Shown here: positions 1 through 14,000 of the stretch, piece by piece
How positions within the stretch are numbered: the stretch's first letter is position 1
Layout of the letters: the number at the start of each line of letters is the position of its first letter
NCBI RefSeq assembly: GCF_006345805.1
Contig: NC_043018.1
Location: forward strand, 124,001-188,000
Direction: 5' to 3'
DNA: 64,000 nucleotides
Origin: Octopus sinensis
Lineage: Eukaryota
The notes under the pieces: generated by a model
Seen by the model: the letters and a program-made list of their open reading frames with translations, nothing else
Database searches by the model: none
What the model was told of the DNA's origin: nothing
Program-made: the position numbers and the translations under genes

Positions 1-300
1 TTAACACACACACTGGTAAAATTTCCACTTATTTCTTATTTTTGTTTTCCTAAAATTTACGTTGCGTCTTGCAACCTAAGACTATTGAAAAGATTGCAAG
101 ACGCAACGAAAATTTTTGGACAATTAAAATAAGAAATAAGTGGAAATTTCACCGGTGAGTATGTTACATTATAAGGCACAAAAAGAAAATGACTCTCCCC
201 AGACACAACAGAATATTGAGTGTGAGTTCCATCTGTTATGAAAACAAAGAATTATAGAACAAGTTTTGGTTACACTCCTAGTGAGCATGCGTAGCATTTT
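1..300 (+). mobile_element. Non-coding repeat (family H1) with a 5' fold-back (arms ~11-76 / ~92-158) and a hammerhead-like motif at 82-118
   Basis: Positions 1-76 are an inverted copy of ~92-170; 76-215 is the reverse complement of 2391-2530, so this is a dispersed family. Confidence 0.55.
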
Positions 301-455
301 AGATTATTATGGAAACAGAATTCTTCGCAACCAGCTATGGAACACGTGGTGCTTATTTTGCTTACTATAAAAAAAGAATTCTTCGTCACGGTGATATATC
401 TAAAATACTCGCTTCTGATTGGATAAAATACCCAAATTTTGCAACTTTAAAGGCT

Positions 456-585
456 TTACTCTTTTACCCTTTTGCTTCTTTCAGTCATTTGACTGTGGCC
501 ATGCTGAAGCACCGACTTTAGTCGAGCAAATCAACCCCAGGACTTATTCTTTGTAAACCTAGTACTTATTCTATCGGTCTCTTTT
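456..585 (-). mobile_element. SINE family A, 3' tail fragment
   Basis: TTTCAGTCATTTGACTG.GGCCATGCTG.AGCACCG...TAGTACTTATTCTATCGGTCTCTTTT matches the full copies at 14634 and 48825. Confidence 0.85.
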
Positions 586-1284
586 GAAGGAAGGAAATGT
601 AGGACAAAAACTGAACCCTGAAGAACACCGAAAGTGATAAAAGGTAGGGTTACGAGAGCTCACATAAGACACCCGATAGTAATGCTATCTTGTGGGGCAA
701 TTCTGATCCAAGAAGTAAATGACGATGAAGATAGATCAAACACAGGGGTATTCGGTACGAGTTGTAGTCTTGTCCATGGAAATATTACAATTACAACATT
801 TCATCACTTGTTCTCTAGTGACTTGATTTAACAAAACTGCACAAGTACTCATTAATGAGAAACAAAATCAAAGCATTGAAGCACAACATAATAAATGGCT
901 GTCTCCATTATCTTAGGTATATTGGATTCAACTTTTGGCACAAGGCCAGCTGTTTCCAAGTAGAGGTAAATCGATTACATCGATCCAAGTGGTACTTGTT
1001 TTATCAATCAAGGACTTATTTTATTTGCCCCGAAGAACGAAAGGTAGAGTCGACCCCGTTGCCATTTAAACTGAGAATGGAGAGACGGACGAAATGTATA
1101 TATATGAATATATATGTATTCATATATGTATATGTGTATATATATATATATATGTATGTATATGTGTATATGAATATATATATGTGTGTGTATATGTGTC
1201 TGTATTTATACACACATACACAAAATCGCATAAAGGTATATATAAAAATATATACATACATATATACATACAAACAAATATATA

Positions 1285-1343
<59 letters not shown>

Positions 1344-2169
1344 CAAAACATTCATATGCATACATAGACACGCAATTTTCAACGGTTCGGCTAATTCAAC
1401 TTCGAATGAATACATATGAACATTAAATATATTTTCTAACTAATAGATCAATCCATAGAACAAGAGAGGAAGAAATATATCAAAACAAACAGATACAGTT
1501 CAGACAACAAACTTATTCAGACAGAGAAAGCATACACGAATCGTACTGTATGAATCGGATGCTTATTAAGTATATAACAGATTAACGCATTTTCAAAATA
1601 ATAGTCTCCTAAAATAGAACACAATCTGCGTTACCCCAAGCCATAAATTAACAGTAATAATATACTACAAATACTATTAAATTAGAAACATATATATCAA
1701 TAACAAACGACAAGTATGTAAACGCGTCAACTGATTACTAATAAAGGAGGCACAATCTCGATTGTAAGCACGAAGAATCTAGAGTTTATAAATGCATCTT
1801 CTATATTTACCATTCAAGTACACCGTTCTGAAATGTCACACAGTGGACTTACAATGAATTGTAATTGCTGTGTACGATGCAACACCCTCAAAGGAAACTA
1901 CTGCCTCCTCCAGAAAGTTGTAAGTGATTTTGAAGGATGGAAATAAAAGAAATTTATTTACATTACCATAATTTTTTACTTATCAAAATTAAGTCATTAT
2001 ATATTTTTACTGACTCCAGTTCATCTGTTCATCAAAATTTAATGACATCCTCACCTCAAAAGAAATCCTTTGAGCAACTGCACGAAAAGATGTTAGCAGA
2101 AAGAGGAGAAAGGAAAATGTCTAGTGAAGGGAAACGTTCGCGAAGAACACGTGTGTGGTTATATGAATG

Positions 2170-2208
<39 letters not shown>

Positions 2209-2211
2209 ATA

Positions 2212-2288
<77 letters not shown>

Positions 2289-2390
2289 TATATATATGTA
2301 TATATATATGTATACATGTATATATATATATATATATATTTCGTTTTGGGATTTGGTGTGCAAGATTCTTTATATGAGTTCGTGTGTTGA

Positions 2391-2530
2391 AGCATATTCT
2401 GTTGTGTCTAGGGAGAGTCATTCTCTTTTAGTGCCTTATTATTTAACACACTCACCGATAAAATTTCCACTTAATTCTTACTTTTATTTTCTAAAATTTT
2501 CGTTGCGTGTTGCAGCCTTTTCAATAGTCT
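2391..2530 (-). mobile_element. Second copy of family H1 (hammerhead-like motif at 2491-2527)
   Basis: Reverse complement of 76-215. Confidence 0.6.
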
Positions 2531-2534
2531 TCTT

Positions 2535-2740
2535 TGTGTGTCTGTGTTTGTTCCCCTAATATCACTTGACAACCGATGCTGGTGTTTTTACGTTCCCGTA
2601 ACATAGCGGTTCGGCAAAAGAGACCGATAGAATAAGTACTACGCTTAGAAAGAATAAGTCCTGGGGTCGATTCGCTCGACTAAAGGCAGAGCTGCAGCAT
2701 GGTCACAGTCAAATGACTGAAACAAGTAAAAGAGTAAGAG
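2535..2740 (+). mobile_element. SINE family A, 3' half
   Basis: TTGACAACCGATGCTGG...GCGGTTCGGCAAAAGAGACCGATAGAATAAGTACT...CAAATGACTGAAACAAGTAAAAGAG. Confidence 0.85.
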
Positions 2741-3197
2741 TATATATACGAGAGACGAGGAGTGTGTGAAATTGGATGTCGATTGAAAGATGTACAGCGT
2801 TTAAGAATAACATAAATTCTGTTTTATATAACTGATTAGTTTTGTCTAAGAAACGTCTATCTCCACTAAGCACAACAAGAAAAAAACGGAGTGTAAGATC
2901 ACGGTATCTAGAAACAAATGAAGATCGAAGTCTGTAATGGTTTATTCTGTTGTATTCATGTATTTACTTATATCAGAAGAAAAAGCTAATAGACAATAAT
3001 AATTATAGCTGAAAGTTCAGTGGTCTTCATACAGTATTGAAGTCAATAAGGATAGAAGCATTTTGGCAGCAGTCGCAACCCCGTCTCGCTTCGATGCCTA
3101 TTCCGCGTCCATTTTGACGTCAACATATGTCACGACGTTGCTTAAGTATCCGGATGGTTTCGTACGGTTCTTATATTTGATTTTTAGTACGTAATGC

Positions 3198-3231
<34 letters not shown>

Positions 3232-3328
3232 ATCCGTGTGTGTATCTACGTATGTATGTTGTTTGTAAATACGTATGTTTATGAATATATACTTACATAT
3301 ATATGTATGTATACTTATACATATACAT

Positions 3329-3359
<31 letters not shown>

Positions 3360-3384
3360 GGAAAATAGTAAACAAACTTTCTTA

Positions 3385-3420
<36 letters not shown>

Positions 3421-4419
3421 TATATACATATATATTTATATTACAATATGTATGAATGAGTACGTATGTGTGTATGGGTGTGTATATGTATATGGTGCGC
3501 GTGTGTCTGCGTGTGTGTGTGTGTGACATTGTTCATTTTTGTTTAGCTTTAAATGATACTTTTGGGTATTTTAATAGGTTTTCCTGATTCCTGATTTTAT
3601 TTTTTATATTTTATATATGCGTTTTCTTATTTTCCGTTGTTTTTTCATTTCGACAAATATTCCAACCAGCGGCTTTAAAACAATTGAATAACAATATGAA
3701 AATTAAAAACAAAAATATCATCACATCCCACTCATGAAATATAACAGAAAAATAACAGAAAGATACAGTTTTTATTTTTGCCTTTCGTATTAAATATTTG
3801 CGTTCCTTTTTGTTATGTTCGTGGTCTTTTTTTTTCTAAGCTAATACAGTGTGTTGCACTTTTGACCTTTCCAGTATACATTTCTTTGTTTCCATCTTGA
3901 TGTAAACAACAATCATAATGTTACGTCCGTTTTGCTACTCTTATTTTCCACATCTTTTACTTTCGAATAACAAATACGACGATAAATAAAAAAAAAAACT
4001 GAAACAACGAAGAAAAAATACTAGAAAAAAATAAAAAGAACCAATCGAATGTATGAGAAAAAGAAGCGACAATAAAAGACGATAATACGTAAAAACTTTT
4101 AAAATAACTATGACAAAAACAAGAATATTAAAAAAAAGAAAATTTCAGCCAGAGAGATAAAATTGGTGATCTCGAGAAATAAGTTGAGAAATATTGACCT
4201 TGAATTGTTCTAGAGACGAACACAAAGAATTTAAGTTGAGTGCTATTATGGAACTGTCTACTGTCGTTGGGATTATTAGAGTGACTACGATAGGGTCAAC
4301 CGAACTATATTTTCAACATTATGACATGGGAGTGGAAACGATTTTGTGTTGCTCACAAATAAACAATCCCCAACTTTTAATTTAAACAATACCTCATCGA
4401 TTTTACACACACACACACG

Positions 4420-4469
<50 letters not shown>

Positions 4470-4473
<4 letters not shown>

Positions 4474-4815
4474 AAAGGGTGGAATATAATTAATTTAATA
4501 AAATTAATCAATTTCACCTAGTAGATTTATCGGTATGGAAAAGACCATATTTGGTAAGGGTTATAATAATTATAATTAAGGGTTAAATGCAAGAAGTTGC
4601 TCAAAACCACATACCGAAAATATTAGAAACAGCAGCCAAAATTGATCACTATTTCCTCTACTAGTAAAAAGTCTCCACAAACAAACAGACAAATTCTGTT
4701 TGTTTGTGGAGACTTTTTACTAATAGAGGAAATAGTGATCAATTTTGGCTGCTGTTTCTAATATTTTCGGTATGTGGTTTTGAGCAACTTGTTGCATTTA
4801 ACCCTTAATTATAAT
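4470..4815 (-). mobile_element. Fragment related to the 55311-55990 hammerhead element, ending in a ~120-bp-arm fold-back (4569-4815)
   Basis: AATCAATTTCACC.AG...AAAAGACCAT...CCACATAC.GAA..A.TAGAAA.AGCAGCCAAAA is shared with 55340-55470; near-perfect inverted repeat centred at ~4692. Confidence 0.65.
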
Positions 4816-4821
4816 ATATAT

Positions 4822-5155
4822 ACTCGTGGGCGTGGCTGTGTGTTGAGATGCTTGTTTCAACAACGACATGGTTCCGAATTCACTCCTATAGTGTGGCACC
4901 TTCAGAAAAATGTCTTCTAAAATATCCTCCCCGAGCCAATGAATCTTAAAAAAAAACCGTGGTATGTACATGCATACGTGTGTATGTGTTTGTGTGTATG
5001 TGTTTGTATGTGTGTGTGTGTGTGTGTGTGGTGTGTGTGTGTGTGTGTGTGTTTGTGTGTTTGTGTGTGTGTGCATACGAGTTTGTGTTCGTGCCCAGAA
5101 GACCGCTTGAAAACCGGCGTTACTTTGTTTGTTTTTTCTAACATAGCGGTTCGGT
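4822..5155 (+). mobile_element. SINE family A, degenerate 5' part
   Basis: Decayed tRNA-like head (GTGGCTGTGTG...ATGGTTCCGAATTCA), central (TG)n, then TAACATAGCGGTTCGG. Confidence 0.6.
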
Positions 5156-5307
5156 TTAAACGTAGGATACAATATATACTAGGCTTTAAAAAGAAAATCC
5201 TCCGAGGTAATACTCCAGTATGGACGTAGTCCAATGAATGAAGTAAGTAAAAGATGAAAGATACATATTCCACTCTCTCTCTATCTCTATCTATCTATCT
5301 ATCTATA

Positions 5308-5351
<44 letters not shown>

Positions 5352-5619
5352 AATCTATCTATTTATTTACCAGTCTGTCTAGCTTTCTCTCCCTCTATCT
5401 CGCTCTCTTTATATAGAGTTTATTAAACTTGTACAACGAAAAGATTAACAATGATTTCTTTCGGCTTCATCTCCTTCGTATGAGAAAGACGAGTTCTCTG
5501 AGACTTCAAAGTCGTTCTACTAAGATATTCAGGAACCGTTCACTTTCTTGTTAAATTATTTTTATTGAATTTGACACACGAACAGACAAACATATATGTG
5601 CATGTATGTGTGTATGTAT

Positions 5620-5815
5620 TATTTGTCTCAGTCATTTGACTGCAGCCATACTGGAAGATCACCTTGAACGATTTCAGTCGAACAAATTGACGCGTGGATT
5701 TTTTTAATATTTTTAATCCTAGTACTTATTCTATCGAAAACTTTTGCCGAAGCGCTAAGTTACAGGGACTTAAACACACAAACACCGGTTGTCAAGCGGT
5801 GATGGAGGGACACAC
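5620..5815 (-). mobile_element. SINE family A, 3' half
   Basis: CTCAGTCATTTGACTGCAGCCATACTGG...TAGTACTTATTCTATCG...CCGGTTGTCAAGCG. Confidence 0.75.
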
Positions 5816-5860
5816 ACACACACATACATACATACATACATACATACATACATACATACA

Positions 5861-5909
<49 letters not shown>

Positions 5910-6180
5910 CACTTTGATCACTTTGACCGACCAGTCCGTCAGGCGTCCATTTGACACCGCTGGTCACAGCACGCTGTCCACTCCTCTCTGGATCGCGCCT
6001 TTCTCATCCACGTGATCCCAATCGTCTTCTTGGAATCGTCACTCCACCGTCGTGGAGGTCTTCCGGGTGGTCTTTTCCGCTCACGCGGGTACCACTTGAC
6101 AGCTGCCTGCGTCCACCGATTATCGGTGAGCCGGGCAACGTGTCCAGCCCATCTATACTTGCTGCGAGTATATAAGGAGA
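5910..6180 (-). mobile_element. RTE-clade LINE, 5'-truncated 3' end
   Basis: Minus-strand peptide KYRWAGHVARLTDNRWTQAAVKWYPRERKRPPGRPPRRWSDD is the typical RTE ORF C-terminus; the element ends in a short tandem tail (TCAAAGTGA)2. Confidence 0.9.
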
Positions 6181-6181
6181 C

Positions 6182-6215
<34 letters not shown>

Positions 6216-6879
6216 TGTGCATACATACATTCTATACATGCATGCATACGTAATGCACACATAACACACGCACATATGCGTGTTTGTGTGTGTGTGTGTT
6301 TTAGCAAATATTGTGCACTTAATTCTAAATATCATACATAAATTTTGGGTAATAGTATTTGTTGCGTTATGATCCTAACAGCAAATTTTAATAAAGTATT
6401 GAGCAACCAAAATTCTTGCAGTTTTACTGAATCCTTTTCTCCTATTTATTAATACTTAATAACATTTCATTTTTTAGCCCTCATCAATCATCATTCATTA
6501 TTCATCTTTAAGAGCGACGCATGATTCACATTAATGGCAACAATAGCGAATGCCTCACGATGAGAGATCGGATAGCTTCTCGTGAAATATAAATTTTAAG
6601 AGAAAAACGTTTCTCAGTTTACAAATGTAAGGTAAAAGACGTAAGGGAAATAGAGGAATGGCATAATCATTGGTAACACAGGTCAATACACATGTAGAGT
6701 ATGATGTGTATTAAGACATTATGAATATGGATTGACGATTGCCTCATAACTGACTGGCTGGCTGGAAGGAATGAAACCACTGGCGATGTCTGTTAGTGAT
6801 TCTCAAAAGACAAGTGGAGATCCGTAAATTATTTGGGATAAAGTAATAGAGATAGAGTCTCCTCCGTAGGAAGTGATGC

Positions 6880-7200
6880 CGGAACCGTCATTACACGTGC
6901 CGTCTAGATTCCCGAGCAGGACCAATTGAGACTATGGATATTAGCTAACCATCTCCTTTTTGGTCTACACTGAGATGTCCTCCCCCCATAGCTCGGCTGC
7001 AGGAATCCATCTTTCAGACCTTTTCTGTAGCATTTTCATCCCATGGCCGTATAATCAGAGCTGCGATCTCTCAATGTGGAAGAGTTGCTGGTCGCTCTAC
7101 AGGAATTCCCTGATCTCGGATCTACGCACCATACCCAGTAACATTTCAGCGGAGATCATTCGCAGGAATCACTTGTCGGCTTCGTGGTCATATTCTTTTG
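6880..7200 (-). mobile_element. Decayed RTE-clade LINE C-terminus (Rex3/Expander-like)
   Basis: Minus frame with stops: VRRSEIREFL*SDQQLFHIERSQL*LYGHGMKM...TKRRWLANIHSLNWSCSGI, resembling the recalled VRSS.IRE.L..EPLLLHIERSQLRW.GH..RM...RTRW motif. Confidence 0.7.
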
Positions 7201-8283
7201 GTAATTGTCCAATACTCATGAACATATATAAAGATAGGCATGAAAACCGGGAGATAATTTCAAGAAATTGAGAATAATTAACACAGAGATTGCTCACGCT
7301 TGGGTGGAAGTCTGATTTGTTTTATAAAGAAAGTGAAATGAGTTTACATGCTTCTTTATTATTCGTGCTTATCAGCTAAATGTTGGGTTCTCGAACCTTC
7401 TAAGAGAAGACGACGTAGATATGTTGGCATTTTTTAATGAAGAAGTGGAAATCCGAAGGAGCAACATCTGGTGAATATGGAGGGTGGGGTAACACATCGC
7501 AGCCGAGCGGCAGCAATTTTTGTCTGGTTCCCAAATCATCTAGTGCCGAAAATGAACTTTCTTATCTTCCATTTTAAAGGGTTAAATAATTAACACAGGT
7601 TATAAGAACATAAACCTTCTTCCACGAAAATATAGCTTAAACTGTGGTCTAAATGGAGGAGTAGTCAAATCCTATTTTACGGCTTCAACCACGTTCTAAA
7701 ATAAGTCGAAATCTAAGCTACTATAAATCAGCACGAACTTTCCGGACAACCAATTATTAAGATATTTGATTATGTCTGGTCTTATGTGCAAACTGTTTAC
7801 TTTTCTATATTAACTGATTTTAGGTTGAAAGCCGCCTCTAGATTATGATGTCGGATACAGCTGGCCAATGTTATATATATCATTTCATATCTAAATAAGT
7901 TTTTAAACTAAACCAGCTCCCTGAAAGCCGACAAAAATACGAAGTATTTGGTGCTTTGTTCGTTTCGTAAGTGAATATATATATTTTCTTTCAAACTGAA
8001 AGAAAATTGCATACTGAAATATTCATGGACATCCTTCTGCCTTCGCTTTATTTGGTAATAATGGTATACGCTAGTGTCAGCGATGTTCACAGTATATAAA
8101 CCATTTGTTACTTTATGTTGAGCCTCTGTTCATATTTTCTATCTAGAAGTCCACACCTAACTAACCAAGGTAAAGTTCTCGTTCAAGCCATAAGCGCGCA
8201 TCAGAAACCATAAAAGTTCTGATGGTCATTACTGATTAATCTTCCACTGTCTGGAAATTTAACGCAAATCTATGGTATAAAAA

Positions 8284-8331
<48 letters not shown>

Positions 8332-8365
8332 TGTGTGAGAGAGAGAGTATGTGTGTATACATATC

Positions 8366-8401
<36 letters not shown>

Positions 8402-8449
8402 CGTGTGTGTTTGTGTGTATGTGTGCGCGCGCGCGTAGATATGTATATA

Positions 8450-8482
<33 letters not shown>

Positions 8483-8487
<5 letters not shown>

Positions 8488-8742
8488 GTTCTTGAGCAAG
8501 GCACTTTATTTCACGTTGCTCCAGTTCACTCAGCTGCAGAAATGAGTTGCGACGTCACAGGTGCCAAGCTGTATCGACCTTTGTCTTTCCCTTGGATAAC
8601 ACTGGTGGTGTGGAGAGGGGAGGCTGGTATGCATGGGCGACTGCTGGTCTTCCATAAACAACCATGCCCGGACTTGTGTCTAGGAGGGTAACTTTCTAGG
8701 TGCAATCCCATGGTCATTCATGACCGAAGGGGGTCTTTACCC
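8483..8742 (+). mobile_element. Headless SINE body with a CORE-like 5' motif (second copy at 9761-10020)
   Basis: GTTGTGTTCTTGAGCAAGGCACTTTATTTCAC...CACTCAGCTGCAGAAATGAG resembles CORE-type central domains; ends in (TA)n. Confidence 0.5.
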
Positions 8743-8763
8743 TATATATATATATATATATAT

Positions 8764-8805
<42 letters not shown>

Positions 8806-8887
8806 TGGATTCTGATGAACGGCAAATGACGTTTCAGTAATATAAGGCACTAATCATATATGTATGTATATATTTTCACACACACTG

Positions 8888-8922
<35 letters not shown>

Positions 8923-9705
8923 AGTGTGTATGTAAGCATATACGTATATATGTAAGTGTATTGTACGTTTGTGTGCGTGGGTATGTGTGAGCGTACATGT
9001 ATGACGTGTATAAATCTTGTTTTCGATGATAGATTATAACGGGAAAATTCATGATGTGTAGAAGGGTCTGGCTGGTGACAATCTCCCTTGCTCTAGGATC
9101 TACCTTAGAAGTTTAGGCGGCAATTGATTATCTTAATTACACTTATTACACTTATTATGCGTCCAGCAAACTTCAAGAAAATTCGACCTGATATCTGTAG
9201 TAAATACACGGATACGATTGTTCCTAACATGTCGAACCTATTATTTGCCAAAAGCTGCAAACAATGATACGAAGCCTCTACCAATTCCTTCCAGAAAAAA
9301 AATTTAGGATCATCGTATAAGCAAAGAGAAAGCGTTAAAAGCAAAACTGAAGGAATTGCCGCAGTATGCCCTTAATCAGGAATTATTGAAACAATAAAAA
9401 AGAAAGCTGAAAAATGAGATATTAGAAAGAATAATTATAACGTATCAGAAAACGATGTGCATCAAAGGCCCGGTCTTGCGTTTCATATTGCTTAGAAACT
9501 ATTGATAAGAAAGAAAACGAAGAAACAGAAATATGAACAAAAATATGAACTTCTTAGCTTCAGTAGTTTTGAAATAACAGAATAGATATTTAATCGATCA
9601 ATCGATAAAGCAAGCAAGCAAGCAAATATACTGAAAGAAAACAGTGGCACATATTTTTTTGAGAAGACGGCAGAGATTCTGTAAAATACAGACAGACAAG
9701 AATAA

Positions 9706-9745
<40 letters not shown>

Positions 9746-10020
9746 TATATATATATATATGTTGTGTTCTTGAGCAAGGCACTTTATTTCACGTTGCTCC
9801 AGTTCACTCAGCTGCAGAAATGAGTTGCGACGTCACAGGTGCCAAGCTGTATCGACCTTTGTCTTTCCCTTGGATAACACTGGTGGTGTGGAGAGGGGAG
9901 GCTGGTATGCATGGGCGACTGCTGGTCTTCCATAAACAACCATGCCCGGACTTGTGTCTAGGAGGGTAACTTTCTAGGTGCAATCCCATGGTCATTCATG
10001 ACCGAAGGGGGTCTTTACCC

Positions 10021-10066
<46 letters not shown>

Positions 10067-10151
10067 TAATGGATTCTGATGAACGGCAAATGACGTTTCA
10101 GTAATATAAGGCACTAATCATATATGTATGTATATATTTTCACACACACTG

Positions 10152-10186
<35 letters not shown>

Positions 10187-10969
10187 AGTGTGTATGTAAG
10201 CATATACGTATGTATGTAAGTGTATTGTACGTTTGTGTGCGTGGGTATGTGTGAGCGTACATGTATGACGTGTATAAATCTTGTTTTCGATGATAGATTA
10301 TAACGGGAAAATTCATGATGTGTAGAAGGGTCTGGCTGGTGACAATCTCCCTTGCTCTAGGATCTACCTTAGAAGTTTAGGCGGCAATTGATTATCTTAA
10401 TTACACTTATTACACTTATTATGCGTCCAGCAAACTTCAAGAAAATTCGACCTGATATCTGTAGTAAATACACGGATACGATTGTTCCTAACATGTCGAA
10501 CCTATTATTTGCCAAAAGCTGCAAACAATGATACGAAGCCTCTACCAATTCCTTCCAAAAAAAAAATTTAGGATCATTGTATAAGCAAAGAGAAAGCGTT
10601 AAAAGCAAAACTGAAGGAATTGCCGCAGTATGCCCTTAATCAGGAATTATTGAAACAATAAAAAAGAAAACTGAAAAATGAGATATTAGAAAGAATAATT
10701 ATAACGTATCAGAAAACGATGTGCATCAAAGGCCCGGTCTTGCGTTTCATATTGCTTAGAAACTATTGATAAGAAAGAAAACGAAGAAACAGAAATATGA
10801 ACAAAAATATGAACTTCTTAGCTTCAGTAGTTTTGAAATAACAGAATAGATATTTAATCGATCAATCGATAAAGCAAGCAAGCAAGCAAATATACTGAAA
10901 GAAAACAGTGGCACATATTTTTTTGAGAAGACGGCAGAGATTCTGTAAAATACAGACAGACAAGAATAA

Positions 10970-11000
<31 letters not shown>
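8483..11000. repeat. Near-identical tandem duplication, unit ~1.27 kb (8483-9760 / 9761-~11000)
   Basis: Unique sequence repeats at an offset of 1264-1278 bp with only a handful of substitutions and microsatellite length changes. Confidence 0.95.
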
Positions 11001-11024
<24 letters not shown>

Positions 11025-14000
11025 TATATACGAATAAAAGTATATAAATACACACACACGCACACACACATATGTATATATATATATGAATATGTGTGCG
11101 TGTGTGTGTGTAGATAGATAGACAGACAGATAGAGAGAGAGAGAGAGATAAAGATGAGAGACAGAGCCAGAGAGAGAGATAAAGATGAGAGACAGAGCCA
11201 GAGAGAAAGATATGCATGTATGAATGCGTGGCTATATATATATATATCCATATATATATTTATATACATATATATATATATATACGTATATATATACATA
11301 TATATATATACATATATATATACATATATATATATATACATACATACATATGTATGTACCTACATACCTACCTACCTACATATACATACATACATACATA
11401 CATACATACATACATACATACATACATACATACATCATACATACATACATAGAAAGCTGACTGTCATGAAAGTATTACATTGTGAAGTTAAGTAGAACTT
11501 ATAACATCTCGAGAACAATGAAATTATGAGACAACACTTCATGTCATGTGTATCATATATGTCTATCTTATTTAGATTCCACTACATTCTTATTTAAAAA
11601 AAAAGAAAAGGAAGAAAAATAAGATAAAAAGCAATCATTTCGCGCTTGGAGTGTTACAAAATTAGATTAGTTTCCGACTTGAGTTTGTCATCTCGATGTA
11701 CTAGAATTATATTATTGTCAATAAGTTTAAACTATGGAAGCATGCAAGTATTGTGAATTTATTAGACATATTACAGCATTATCTAATCTCGAGTGAAAAA
11801 AAAAGTATAGCTGCGCATGCGTATTGAATAGATGAACGGAAAACTATATTTACGTTCCATCATTAATGTTAAATCAAACTGCAAAATATGAAAAAGAAAA
11901 ATGAATTGTTATGCATGATTTTTTTTTTTCATTTTTGATTATATGCAATGACTTTATTGCCAATAAACGCGTCAAGATTGATATGCACACACCATATCCG
12001 CATATGTTGCCACGCACACGCACGACTGCGCACGCATGTAGTTGAAACAAACAAATCTAAATACATATTTGAAAATGCATATGTGTGTATGTGTGTTATA
12101 TATACGGATATATGCAAATATATACAAATATTTTGAATGATAAAAAAAATTGTATTTTTAATTTGTTTGAACATTCTGCACTGTCTCCAGTAAATATTAT
12201 TTATAATATTACACGAAAATTGCTATGTACGTGAATTCTCGAAAATTCATCAATTTAAACATAAATGCATATATATGTGTGTGTCTGTGTGTGCGTGTGT
12301 GTGTGTGTATATGTGTGTGTGAGTGTGTGTGTGTGTGTGAGTGTGTGTGTGTGTGTTTTATTCATGTATTTTATGCATGCATATGTGTTTTATAGATTTT
12401 ATATGTATTTTCTGCAGGTATATACGTGTGGGTATATAACTGTGTGTTCGCGGGTGTTTGAATCGTTCATTGTAGGTGTATTCATGAACACAATAATAAC
12501 ACACGATATTTAAAACCATGTAGTGAAGTCGCATATGTATTAGATTAAACGTTCTCAACTTAATATTTCTTGCCTGTGGATATTTATCTGGTGCTGTCAG
12601 ACCAACAAATATCAACCGTAGCATCACGTAGAAAGAAGAGTTGAGTAATATTCTGACCTCGGGCCGTGCATGAACAAAAGATGATAACAGGAATTAGGTA
12701 GTTGTGCTCTAGTCTGTGAATTGATGCTGGTTATCTCATTCAGAGTAGCGTATGTTTGTACTTAATATGTAATGCATCTGATTCATTGGGTGCATAAGTA
12801 CACACTTTCATGATAAGAATCAAGTGATATTTTCGGAATATATTCGGAATTTAAATGCTTGTGTTGACTTGGAATATGAATCGGGTCGATTTTTGAACCT
12901 TACAATGAAAAGTAAGTAAAACTGTAGACATAGGAGTAAAAAGTTCAATTAATTCCATTTGATATCGAATGCAATACCACATGCATTGAGTACGAAAACA
13001 AAAATTATATCATCATTTAGATGTATCTGAAAGAATGCATGTATATGTAATATCGGTACTTAAATAATTTTGTCTTCATACCGATATCGTATTTACATAA
13101 CAACATTAAATATTATACGGATTTCGTTTCTATCATATCGGGAACTATGTATTACGATGAAGATAGCCGTACATAAAAGATTTAGCATTGGATGACTGAT
13201 TAAGAAATCATGAGTTCATGTTTATATATTTGTCTGTGGACATTTTATATCTAAATTTTATATGCTGACGCTGCAGATGCATCTTCGTTTCAATGGTATT
13301 TATTGGGACTTATTTGGGTTAAATAATTCCTGGTAACACTAGCTCATACTGCAATGTATTTGAATTAAGACTAATCAGATATGTACAATATTCTTTTTAA
13401 TGTTTAGAGTAGTTGTAAGTATCAAACTGATATCTGAATTTGTACAGGATTTCAAAGATTTTAATTTTAAATTACTATATTTTATTACAACTAACAGCTA
13501 AATCGTTAATATAGCAGGACGAACCTACACTTATGCCTTTTGTATTAGACAGTGCATCGAGTATTCTAATTCAGACGTCTCTGAATAGACGGCTGTATAA
13601 AGTTTGTTGAAATTTGTATCTATATATGAGATTTTCGCTTAGTTTTATACTACATCTTGTTCATTATATAGAATTTCTATTAGATTAAAATAGCCACTAA
13701 GATATCATAGTTGATGCAGATAGGGAAATTAAATTCCATTGCCCAGGAATAATATTCATTATAGAAGGAATATGTTTAAATGCACAAATCTATAGTGGTA
13801 CATGCTACTGACAAAGCCTACGAGAATGAAATGTATACCTAACATTCTTGCCACCACTGCTGGACGCTTGCCGCGCTTTTTTATATAGTTTTGTATCTTT
13901 AAGCACAGTGCATACATATACGGAGTAAAATCCCTGGACGATGTGTCTTTATGACATACCATACACAGACAGCAATGTGGTTTGTATTTATTTTTGTATA

